DNA of 64,000 bases from Epiperipatus broadwayi (lineage: Eukaryota; Animalia; Onychophora): assembly GCA_028023455.1 (NCBI GenBank), contig JAQFVV010000001.1:4650001-4714000 (forward strand). Direction: 5' to 3'. Of the stretch, positions 1-10,503 are shown in pieces. Under the pieces are notes generated by a model that ran no database searches, had not been told where the DNA came from, and was given only the letters and a program-made list of their open reading frames with translations. Position 1 is the stretch's first letter, and each line of letters starts with the position of its first letter. The position numbers and the translations under genes were made by a program.

Positions 1-439
1 ATTGGAGTTTGTGATTTTGGTGCACAGGAGTATTGTCTTCAGTTTATACAAATAATGTAATTTAAAAATTTGAGTTGCTCTCATATTCCATTTTCATATT
101 ATTAAGATTAATTATTATTTAACTTTAAACTGTATAATAAAAAAATAAATAAGTCCTTCTGAAAATAATAAGGGAATATAACTTTTAAAAAAAGTTTTAT
201 ATATATTTATAAAAGTATAATAGTTTAATAAAAATGTGTTAGATGCGATGCACTGTGATTTCTCCTTATATGGAGTCAGGAATCTGTCAGCAACTATGCC
301 CAGAGAAACCAGTTAGCCACTTTGACTTTCCCTTTCCATTCCCCACCCCAAGTTTTCCATATTTTCTATCCTGCTCCACACCATTTCCACAGCATAATCA
401 TTGTCAAGTCCTTTCTCAAACCCAGCATAAAAACCAATA

Positions 440-3400
440 AGCCACTTTCTGTATAATCACTTTGTTCATATTTATTCTTCCACAACTTCATTATTTATAC
501 CTTTTCTGCTTTCAGACATTTACATTCAATTAACAGATGCCTAATATTTTCTATGTCTTCCTTACACAACTTGCAGACTAAATCACCCATATTTTTCCAT
601 TTATGTGTATATTCCCTTGTTGATAAAGATCCTGTTGAAGCCTTAATTAGCAAACTACTTTCCTTGCTATTATCGTAAATTAACTCACACCCAATATTCT
701 GTTTACTTCTATAAATATTTAAACACTTTTTACTCTCCATACTAGCTTTCCATCTCTCCAACTCCATATTCTTTATTAATGCATCTATTCTTCTATCCCA
801 TTCCTTACTACTATAACACTCAACAATCCTCCTAACACAATCATCTGGTTTGTATAAATATACTGATATACATCTTTATCCAAATCTTCTGCATACCACA
901 TTACCTTTATCACCCTTCTTGTTGCCTGCTCTTTAATCGTAACCCAATTAAAACACATCTGCATCTAATATATGTCTTCCTACTTCCTTTTATACTTTTT
1001 CTAAGTAATCTAATACCCTTTTACTAACTCACAACGCATCATTGCCATATGTTAATACTGCTACTGCAACTCCTTTCTATACAGTTCTAGCTATATCATA
1101 TTTATTATATGAAAATACTGTCAATTTCTTTATCAATTCTTTTCTTTTCTTTACTTCATTTATCAATTTTTTCTTCCATTCATCCAAACAATTTTTCTGA
1201 TTACTTAAGATGATTCCCAAATAACTATATCCACCACACTTAACTTTATATCCCCCAATAAAAATTATTCATCTTCTCTTTCCCCAATATTAACCATCAT
1301 TATATTCTATTTTTCTTCACTAAATTTAATCCCCATCTCTTTACCCACCCTTGTGCATGTCCTCAGCATAATTTCCATATCTTCTCTTCTTTCTGCACAC
1401 AAAAAGACATCATCTGCAAAAAAAAAAGTCCAGACAAAGTATATACTCCCTTGCCACCTATTAACAGTATTTCTATTCCTCTTCCTAGTCTTTCTATTGC
1501 TCTCTTCCATTTTTACTCAAATATAACAAAAACAAAATAGGTGACATAGGGCATCCTTGCCTTAGTCCCACCCCATTTTTAACTTTAACTGATTCTATAT
1601 CCTCTAATTGATATATATATAATAATTATTTTCATATAATCTCTTAATAATATCCACTAAGGCTTCATCCATTCCCAAATTTACTAAACTTACCCATAAT
1701 CTATTTCTATTTACTCTATCATATCCCTTCTCTATATCTATAAAACTCATATATAACTGTCTATCTGAATTTCTACTCATATCCATAAGTTGTGTATTTC
1801 TATTTACTCTATCATATACCTTCTCTATATCTATAAAACTCATATATAACTGTCTACCTGAATTTCTACTCATTATCCATTAGTTGTGTAACTACAAATA
1901 AACTATCTCCTATATGCTTATCTGACCTAAAACCTCCTTGCACTTCACCCACTACACTATTTTTTTCCATTCATTTTACAACTCTTCCAGTCACCATATA
2001 TGAAAAAACTTTATATAAAAGTGATGTTACTGTTATTGGTCTATAATTGTTTAACTTTCTATTATTCTTGTCCTTTCCTTTAAATAATAATCTTGCTCTT
2101 GTATTACTCCAACTACCCAGAAAAACTCTCTTCTGTGCTATCTTACTAAAACATGATAATAGCTTTACTTTTGCCCTATGCCCTAAATTTCATTACTATC
2201 TCTGCTGCCCATTTATCCAAACCTCTTGCCTTTCCACTTTACAATTTTCCTGCCTCATTCAGTTCATTTTCTGTAAACCTAATATTCCTATTACTATATG
2301 CTTCCATATTTTCTATCCCCTTGTCCTTCACATCTAACATCTTTTCTATATCCATTACATACCTATTCAAGATTCTCTCTAATTCTTCTCTAGAGCTACA
2401 CTATTCCCTCATCATCTAGTAGTATTCTATCTCTATCTCTCTCTCTCTCCTACATTTCTCCTTTTAATATAATTCCAAATTTTTTTACTCCCATCTTTTC
2501 CACTTTTATTAATATCCTCCAACAATTTACTATTCAATTTCCTTCTCTCTCTATAATTATCTATTTTAGCTAACTTCTTCTTTTCTAAGTACTTTTCCCA
2601 TTTAGCATTAATATCTTTTTCACTTTTTTTGTTCCTTAATATATTCTCTGCATGCTTTTTCCCTCTATTTTACACTTTTACTAACTCATTTTTATTACTT
2701 TTATTCTTCTGAATATTCTCATCTAAAACCCTATTTGCCACTTTTTCTATTTCATCACACCAGTCCTTATACTCATCCCCAACCAACTCTTCCATGGTTT
2801 TTCCAACTTATAATGTATACTCTTCCAACTCATTCTTATCATTCACACTCCATCCACATCTTTCACTATTGTTTCTACTTTTATTTCTATTCTCCATCAC
2901 ATTACTAATCATTTCAATTACAAAGAAATTATAATCACTATTACATACTCTCTCTTCATTATCAAATGCCTTAATTTTCCACATTTTATTTATTCCCTCT
3001 TTCTCTACTAATATATAATCTATTGTGTGGGATATATTATTTCTAGACCATGTGTATTGTCCCTCGTAAATATTTAATAAATTTCAATGTTCAAATTCAC
3101 CCTCTGACAAAATTTCTTCAAAAGTTGTCCATTCTTATTATTTACATCATCAATTTCTTTAATATGCCTATTCATATCTCCTATAATCATTATTCTCTTC
3201 CCCTTTTCTTTAAAACTCTGTATATCCTTAACTAGACATTCATATATACTACTGTTCCACTCTACTATAGTTTGACTATCTCCAGTAGCTATATAAACTG
3301 TAGCCATCATCCATTTTTGTCTTCCCAACCTTATTTCAAATCACAAATGTTCTTGGCATTTAACAGTATTTAAATTTTTTTTTGATATACCACCTATACT

Positions 3401-3560
3401 ACCACCCCTTTTTTCTTTCTCTTGTCTATTTATACCCCACCATACCAAATCTTCCAAAATAGGTTCTTCTTCTCTTAGATGTGTTTCCATTATTGCTAAT
3501 GCCTCAACATTTGATTGCTGACACACCATTCAACCAGTAGTTTAAAATTCTGACACAGAT
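440..3560 (-). mobile_element. Decayed non-LTR retrotransposon (APE + RT + C-terminal Zn finger; RTE-X/RTE-like)
   Basis: Minus-strand fragments in the expected order: APE (AIMETHL 3341-3529; MIIGDMNRHI 3074-3328), RT (FIDIEKxYDRVNR 1604-1873; GLRQGCPMSP near 1545-1575; FFADD 1307-1510), C-terminal CKLC...HLLIEC (495-767). Many stops and frameshifts. Confidence 0.85.
1704..1890. repeat. 93-bp tandem duplication inside the RT region
   Basis: Units 1704-1796 and 1797-1890 are nearly identical; RQLYMSFIDIEKxYDRVNRN appears twice in ORF 1604..1873. Confidence 0.9.
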
Positions 3561-3813
3561 GATTATTGAATGAATTAATATATCTATGATATTTGTAATA
3601 AGACAATATCGCACATGATTATTTATTTTATTGGAAAATATTTGTCAGACTTTTAATTTTTTTTTTATAATAAAATTATTAATCATTATTTTAAATTATT
3701 ACAGTGGAGTTATTAATATGACATTAAGTATTATGTATCTTTATTCTTGCATGTATACGTTCTGTATAGTTTTTGTATCAAAACAGTTATCATTAGTCAA
3801 TAATGAAATTTAA

Positions 3814-3833
3814 TGTGTGTGTGTGTGTGTGTG
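3814..3833. repeat. (TG)10 microsatellite
   Basis: Read directly. Confidence 0.95.
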
Positions 3834-4197
3834 GATTCTTTATAATTCTTTTTAGAATTACGTAGCTGGAACTTAGGGTTGTCTAGGGTTAAGAATTATA
3901 CTATAAATGTATTTGATAGTAAATTTCTAAAGGTCAGTTTTCAGTATCCACACACTTCATTTACATAATGGCTAGAATACTCACGAGTTAAGCATTTAAC
4001 TGATCACCTTAGTGATATCAGTATTTATTATTAGCAGTTATTTATATACACGAGTTTCTCTCTAGTATTATGTTATACAGTCTTTAAATCCAGTTACAAA
4101 TGACTGAAGATTAGATTACTTTTATTTAGCTTCTGCTTTATTTCAACTTATTACGTTCAGTTAAAAATAGCTGCCTAATGTTTATATGAAAGTTTTA

Positions 4198-4467
4198 ATG
4201 CTGACATTTTATTTGTAAAATATGTTGAACATCTAGTAATATTTACTAAATGTTTTTGAGAAAAATTCAAATTTTATTGAAACATTTCAAATATACTCAA
4301 CTGTTAAATTTATTAACTGTGTGCTATTACTAACAACTGAATGTATTTGAAAAATTTAAATGAAGTTTGAATTTTTCTAAAATACATTTAATAACACTAA
4401 AATATGAAAGTAATCCAGCATAAAATCACAAATAAAATGCCATCGTAGCAAACTTGCAGAAAACATG
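4198..4467. repeat. Repeat family 3, inverted pair (PLE-terminal-like)
   Basis: 4198-4308 is an imperfect reverse complement of ~4330-4445; the right arm resembles 12945-13106 and 55361-55475. Confidence 0.6.
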
Positions 4468-4497
4468 CTGATTATATATTACTGATGTCAATACTCT

Positions 4498-4572
4498 ACG
4501 CAGTTTAGTGCAGTTGGTAAAGCGCCCGATTTGGGATCGAGAGGTCCTAGATCAATTCTGGCCGCCATTCAC
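4498..4572 (+). pseudogene. tRNA-Pro(TGG)-like pseudogene or SINE head
   Basis: A-box-like TAGTGCAGTTGG; anticodon arm CCCGA-TTTGGGA-TCGAG (TGG at 4532-4534); GAGAGGTCC as in eukaryotic tRNA-Pro; T arm and acceptor stem degraded. Confidence 0.5.
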
Positions 4573-5037
4573 ATATCTATATAAATCTGCTTATTGTTGT
4601 CTCTTTTCCATTCTGTTACAAATGATCTACGTGTCAATGTGTTTGGATGTGCTATTGAAATCAAAAACCAATGAAAATGTCTTTGTATTAAAATCATTAA
4701 AAAAATATTTTTAATTATCACTTTGTTTAATCATCACATCTTTTAATAGTAATTATTTATGGCGTGAGATATATATATATATTAAGTATCTAAAGGAAAT
4801 ATATATATATAAATAAACACAATTACTTCTCTACACGTCTGCTGCGAAGAGAGGTAATTATGTTTGTTTTATTTATTTATATATAATGTAAATATTTGAA
4901 AACCAGGCACTCTGCATAAACCTGGGAGCTTAATTGTAAGTATAGAGGATTTGAACTCAGATTTTCAAGCACCCTTCAACTATCCACACTATCTCATACA
5001 ACTGATACACATGACCACACACATGTAGAAAAGATTA

Positions 5038-5096
5038 ATAATCACCAATATACGTATTTCATGCTAAACCAGCACTCATCAGTTGGTCCAGATTAT
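5038..5096 (-). ncRNA. Type I hammerhead ribozyme (copy A, intact core)
   Basis: Reverse complement reads AUAAUC-UGG-ACCAA-CUGAUGA-GUGCU-GGUUU-AGCAU-GAAA-UACGUA-UA/UUGGU-GAUUAU; predicted cleavage 3' of 5049 on the minus strand. Confidence 0.85.
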
Positions 5097-5144
5097 CATC
5101 TCTCACAAATATATATAATCAATGCTATATATGTGTGAGAGATG

Positions 5145-5203
5145 ATAATCTGGACCAACTGATGAGTGCTGGTTTAGCATGAAATACGTATATTGGTGAT
5201 TAT
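5145..5203 (+). ncRNA. Type I hammerhead ribozyme (copy B, intact core)
   Basis: CTGATGA 5159-5165, helix II GTGCT/AGCAT, GAAA 5181-5184, palindromic helix III ATACGTAT, AUA triplet with cleavage after 5192, helix I ACCAA/TTGGT plus ATAATC/GATTAT with a TGG bulge. Confidence 0.85.
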
Positions 5204-8123
5204 TAATCTTTTCTACATGTGTGTGGTCATGTGTATCAGTTGTATGAGATAATGTGGATAGTTGAAGAGTGCTTGAAAATCTGAGTTCAAATCCTCTATA
5301 CTTATATATAATATATTAGAAGAATAAATTACTTAATAAAATTTGAAAACCTTCACTCTTTTTATGTAAAGTATTTTTTTTTTTTTTTTAAAAAAAAGAA
5401 TTTTTAAAAAAAGTCATAATTAAGATAAATTTAACATATAAAATTATAATCATTATTTTGATAATAATAACCATTAAGCACTGGAAGCTAGCTTTAGTAC
5501 TATACAGTACTACTAATATAAAAATTAATATTATAAAAAGACATGGTTTTTAAAGTTTAAAAAAAAAGATTTGATAAATGATGTTATAAACTTCACAACA
5601 GCATATACAAAAAAGTTTCCATAATTTTCATATCCATGCATTCATTTTTCTGCTGTTCAACAAATAAGAAATAATTTTCTATATTTTAATTTTTTTTTGT
5701 CTGCAATGCGCATATGCAGTATATACATACACACATCTATATGTGTCTATTACATCTGTTTTAGGCATAAATATATCGTATGTTTACACCCATATTTATG
5801 CATGTATTCAACATATAATATGGTTTACTATTATTCACAAGCTTCAGTATCTATGTCACAGATCGGCATTAAATGTTATAATGATGGACATCATTATATA
5901 TATCGTAACAATACAAAGTAGGTATTGTAAAGGTGAAGAAAAACCATTAACCTCATAAGCATATCTATGTTTACTGACATAGAAAAGGAGCAAAAGATTA
6001 ACAATACAAACAACATATAAGTGACAAGCATATAGCAACAACAGCAATAATTATCAAGATTTATAAGTCATTCTTTGTGACTGTAATTAAAAGAAGCATT
6101 CTATAAAATCTAGGCTAATCATAATCTAGCTAAAGTTAAATTTAGAACATATAAAAACAATTACTTATATTTCAACTATATGCACATATATACATGCTAA
6201 AAATAAATATAAAAATATTTCTACATCAAAAAAGCTGGGATCATTGTATCATTGATGATCATCATTAATGCTCAAGGCCATGTGGTACTTTGAGGGTACT
6301 GGCCATCAATAAAAAAAATAAGTAAATTTATAATGTAAAGTGAATGGACTTTAAAGATGATTTTTTACTTTTGTGCTATCCAAATGACACATGTTTATTG
6401 TTATTAACAAACTAGCTTTGGGATTACAAGGACTATAAACAATGTGACTGTGAACAATAAAAAATACATAAACACATAATTTATTCTATTATTAAATCAT
6501 TTTATTGGAATAACCTACAAGTTCTTTAAAGTACAACTCTATGATCAAATCAATCACATTAAATATTTACAAGATATCTAAAGAATAAGGACATTAAATA
6601 TTATTGGATATTCCATAATAAGTAGTTATAAAACAAAAAAAGGTTTAATGGTTATTTTATTTATTATGAAATTCATTTACCAAAATCCAGCAGAAGTAGA
6701 AAAGGCGAGACAACTCAGGTCATCAACCTGCAAAATCTTCATAAAGAAAATAAATTTATGATAGTTAATTGGAATGTTAGGACATTATGAAGACTTAGTA
6801 AGTCAGAAGTTAAGAAGACAATGATAAAATATAAAGTGAATGCTTTAGGTTTATATGATTTTAAATCAGAAGAATTCAAAATAATTTATGGTGAAGATTA
6901 TAACTTTAGAAGAAATGTTATTCTCTTATATTAAGAAATGAATAGTTTAAGGTACATTAAACATTTATTATATGGTTGAAAAAACTTCAATAATTAAAAT
7001 GAAAGCAAATCTAGTGGACATGGCATTAATATAATATATTTTCTTATTACTTGTCATGATGATGGAGTTGAAAATACTTAAGAAAATTTTGATAGTGATT
7101 TTAATACATCTATGGGGGTGCATAAGAATTCAAAATGTGTGGGCAGATTTCTTTTAGGTGATATAAATTAATAAGATGAAAGATTGATTGAATTTTGTGT
7201 TCAGCATGACATGATAATATTCAATACATTTTATGATGTGTCTAAAAAAGATGTTCGCTGGAAATATTAAAATATATTTGATTGATTATAATTAAACAAA
7301 GATATAAGAATCAGGTACAGTCTAGTCATGAATATCCTGATGCAGATGTTGATAGTAATTGTGTGATTATTTTGACAAAATGGAATATTAAATTTAAGAG
7401 GAAGATTATACTTGCTCAAAATAAATGATATTTAGATAAATTATAAAATCATGAAATAGCTAAGAAATTTAATGGTGAAACTGCTATGATAGATATTGGT
7501 AATATGTAATGGAAGAATATTAAAGTATATACATAGATAGCTGCTTGGGGAAAATTACATTAGTACTTAAAAAATCATGGATGACTCAAGAAATATTGGA
7601 TCTACTTAAAAAGGAATGAAGTTAGATATAAAAAATATGATCAATGCAAAATAGTTAAAAATTGAATAACAAATTTCAGAATTTAGAAAGCAAAATTGAT
7701 GAATATAATATGAAGAAATTGAAAACAATATAAATATTGGAAAGATTAAACAAGTATATAAAAAAAATCAAAATGTTGAATTGTAAAGGGAGAACATTTG
7801 ATAATATTATTAGATTTAAGAAAGAAAGGAAAAATACTTTTTGAAAATAAGAAAGTTTATGACCACTGGAAAGAATATATTGAATATTTCTATAAAAGAG
7901 AAGAAATAATAAATATGAGAGATTATATAGGAAAAAAAATAATTGATGAGGATGAAAAGGAACCTGTAATAACAAGAAAAGAATTTAATTATGCAATTAT
8001 TAGAATAAAAAATAATGAGGCAGCTGCTACAGATGATTTTCAATTGAACTTTTACATGACCCATACTCTCAGTGCCATCTCATATTGCTGACCCACCTGA
8101 TCACACACATGTTGAAAAGATAA

Positions 8124-8182
8124 ATAATCACCAATATATGTATTTCATGCTAAACCAACAATCATCAGTTGGTCCAGATTAC
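8124..8182 (-). ncRNA. Hammerhead copy C (core intact, helix II closing pair U-U)
   Basis: Reverse complement GUAAUCUGGACCAA-CUGAUGA-UUGUUGGUUUAGCAU-GAAA-UACAUA-UA-UUGGUGAUUAU. Confidence 0.7.
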
Positions 8183-8604
8183 TATCCTCACACACACATA
8201 TAATCAGTGCTCAGCTTTATATTAAGATAGCCAATCTTCAGTACTTTAATGAACAGGCTTCAAACTATTTTATCTAACAACTCTTCAGCCTTCCATTTCA
8301 TTGAAAATCTGACGATGGAACATTCAAAGCCCTTATTAGTGCCAAGGTTGTCATCCTACCATGTTGACATATTAGTCATTCTGACCCCTCATGTACAGGA
8401 GAATAATCCAATTTATACATACATATGCGAGGGAGGGCAGACCTATTACACACTATTTATATAAATTAATATTGTACAGGCTTAAACCTGCATTTATATA
8501 TGTAATATATGCAGGATTCGAACTCAGACTACCACACGACCCACTACTCTCAGTGCCATCTCATATTGCTGACCCACCTGATCACATACATGTTGAAAAG
8601 ATAA

Positions 8605-8663
8605 ATAATCACCAATATATGTATTTCATGCTAAATCAGCAATCAACAGTTGGTCCAGATTAC
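8605..8663 (-). ncRNA. Hammerhead copy D (core mutated, CUGUUGA)
   Basis: Same fold as copy C, with an A6-to-U substitution in the catalytic core. Confidence 0.65.
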
Positions 8664-9339
8664 TATCCTCACACATTACACATTATATAATCAGTGCTCA
8701 GCTTTATATTAAGATAGCCAATCTTCATACTTTAATGGACAGGCTTCAAACTATTTTAACTAACAACTCTTCAGCCTTCCATTTCATTGAAAATCTGATA
8801 ATTTTGAATCGTTCAAAGCCCTTATTAGTGCCAAGATTGTCATCGTACCCATGTTGACATATTAGTCATTCTGACCCCTCATGTACAGGAGAATGAAATA
8901 TGTATATTGGTGATTATTTTTCTTTTCAACATGTGTGTGATCAGGTGGGGTCAGTAATATGAGATGGCACTGAGAGTAGTGGGTCGTGTGATAGTCTGAG
9001 TTCGAATCCCACATATATTACATATATAAATGCAGGTTTAAGCCTGTACAATATTAATTTATATAAATAGTGTGTAATAGGTCTGCCCATCCCTCACATA
9101 TGTATGCATAAATGGATTATTCTCCTATACATGAGGGTCAGAATGACTAATATGTCACCATGCGTAGGATGACAACCTTGGCACTAATAAGGGCTTTGAA
9201 CGTTCCATCATCAGATTTTCAATGAAATGGAAGGCTGAAGAGTTGTTAGTTAAAATAGTTTGAAGCCTGTCCATTAAAGTATGAAGATTGGCTATCTTAA
9301 TATAAAGCTGAGCACTGATTATATATGTGTGTGAGGATA

Positions 9340-9398
9340 GTAATCTGGACCAATTGATGATTGCTGGTTTAGCATGAAATATGTATATTGGTGATTAT
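9340..9398 (+). ncRNA. Hammerhead copy F (core mutated, UUGAUGA)
   Basis: GTAATCTGGACCAA-TTGATGA-TTGCTGGTTTAGCAT-GAAA-TATGTA-TA-TTGGTGATTAT; C3-to-U substitution. Confidence 0.65.
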
Positions 9399-10451
9399 TT
9401 ATCTTTTCAATATGTGTATGATCATCAGGTGGGTCAGCAATATGAGATGGAACTGAGAGTAGTGGGTCGTGTGATAGTCTGAGTTCGAATCCCGCATATA
9501 TTACATATATAAATGCAGGTTTAAGCCTATACAATGTATTAATTGAACTTTTAAAAATTTTGTTGTCATTACAAATAAATTATTTGATGTGATAATAGGA
9601 TGTAATGAAATAGATATAACATCATCTGATTTTATGACCATCAAACCCCCCCCCCCAAAGAGATTTACAAGTGATTGCACAAATTATAGAACAATAGCTT
9701 TATTATTTTACTCACAATAATTACAAATAGAATTAAAAAAAAGACAAATGAGATTTTGGATGAAGATCACTACGGTTTAGATCTGGGAAAGAAAGTAGAG
9801 AAGTAATAGTGTCATTGAGAATGATTGTGCAAAGAATATTGGAAATGAATAGGAGATCTTATGTGGCTGTTATTAATTTGGAGATGGTTTTTGACAAAAT
9901 GAATTGGAAGTTGTTGTTTAAAATGATGAAGAATATAGGCATTGGTTGAAAAGATAGACAGTTTATATAAATGTCAAAATAAATAGTTTTAAATATTTGA
10001 AAAATTAATGCCAACATAAGAAGAGATGTGAGGCAAGGCTATTCATTGTCACATTTGTTAAGAACAGAATAAAGATTATAACAAAAAAACTAAAGGAATT
10101 AAGGTCAATGATAGGCATATTCATTGCATTTGCTATTTAAATTTATAGCATAATTTGCAAACTCAAAAAAAGAAGTGAATAACTTGCTTAAGATATTGAA
10201 TATGCTTACAGAGTATTTTAAATTAAAGATAAATGTTAATAAGACTAGAGTGATGATGGTAGACAAATAGAAGATAAAAAGATTGATATGCTGATAAATA
10301 ATATACATTTAGAACAAGTTATGGAATTTTGTTATTGGGAAAATGTGATTTATGATAACAATGGTTGTTTTGTGGAGATAAAAGGAGAATATTGATACAA
10401 AAAATAAAATAAAATTTATTAAAACCCTCATTTGGAACATATTGACATATG

Positions 10452-10503
10452 TTATTAAAACAGGCTAAACTCTCCAAGCATAAGAAATAGTGATCATGTA
10501 TGT
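10452..10503. mobile_element. Family 2 micro-insertion (52 bp) with 13-bp TSD
   Basis: ATATTGACATATG at 10439-10451 and 10504-10516; the insert is two oppositely oriented pieces of family 2; removing it and one TSD copy restores the RTE motif WNILTYGC. Confidence 0.85.

Larger units (their letters stand above)
4888..5301. mobile_element. Family 1 hammerhead-ribozyme retroelement, palindromic insertion
   Basis: 179-bp arms 4937-5115 and 5126-5304 with 3 mismatches and a 10-nt loop; possible low-complexity TSD TTATATATAAT at 4877-4887 and 5302-5312. Confidence 0.85.
8055..9540. mobile_element. Family 1 multimer insertion (~481-bp monomer; two divergent arrays; 13-bp TSD)
   Basis: TSD AATTGAACTTTTA at 8042-8054 and 9541-9553; ribozyme copies at 8124 and 8605 (period 481); inversion junction ~8893; copies at ~8895 and 9340 on the opposite strand. 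Confidence 0.9.

Noticed and set aside
4498-4572. Bacterial-origin tRNA (horizontal transfer)
   Set aside because: The variable region matches eukaryotic tRNA-Pro equally well and flanks show no bacterial sequence.
8249-8690. ORFs 8249..8464, 8391..8690 and the similar 9319..9534 as a duplicated small gene
   Set aside because: They lie in family 1 monomers antisense to the ribozyme, are broken in other copies, and resemble no protein family.
9190-9225. Second hammerhead in the family 1 monomer (CTGATGA-TGGAACGTTCA-AAG on the - strand)
   Set aside because: No GAAA and no helix I or III.
9395-9432. Antisense CTGATGA...GAAA
   Set aside because: Arises from a local ATC duplication in one copy; no helix II pairing.
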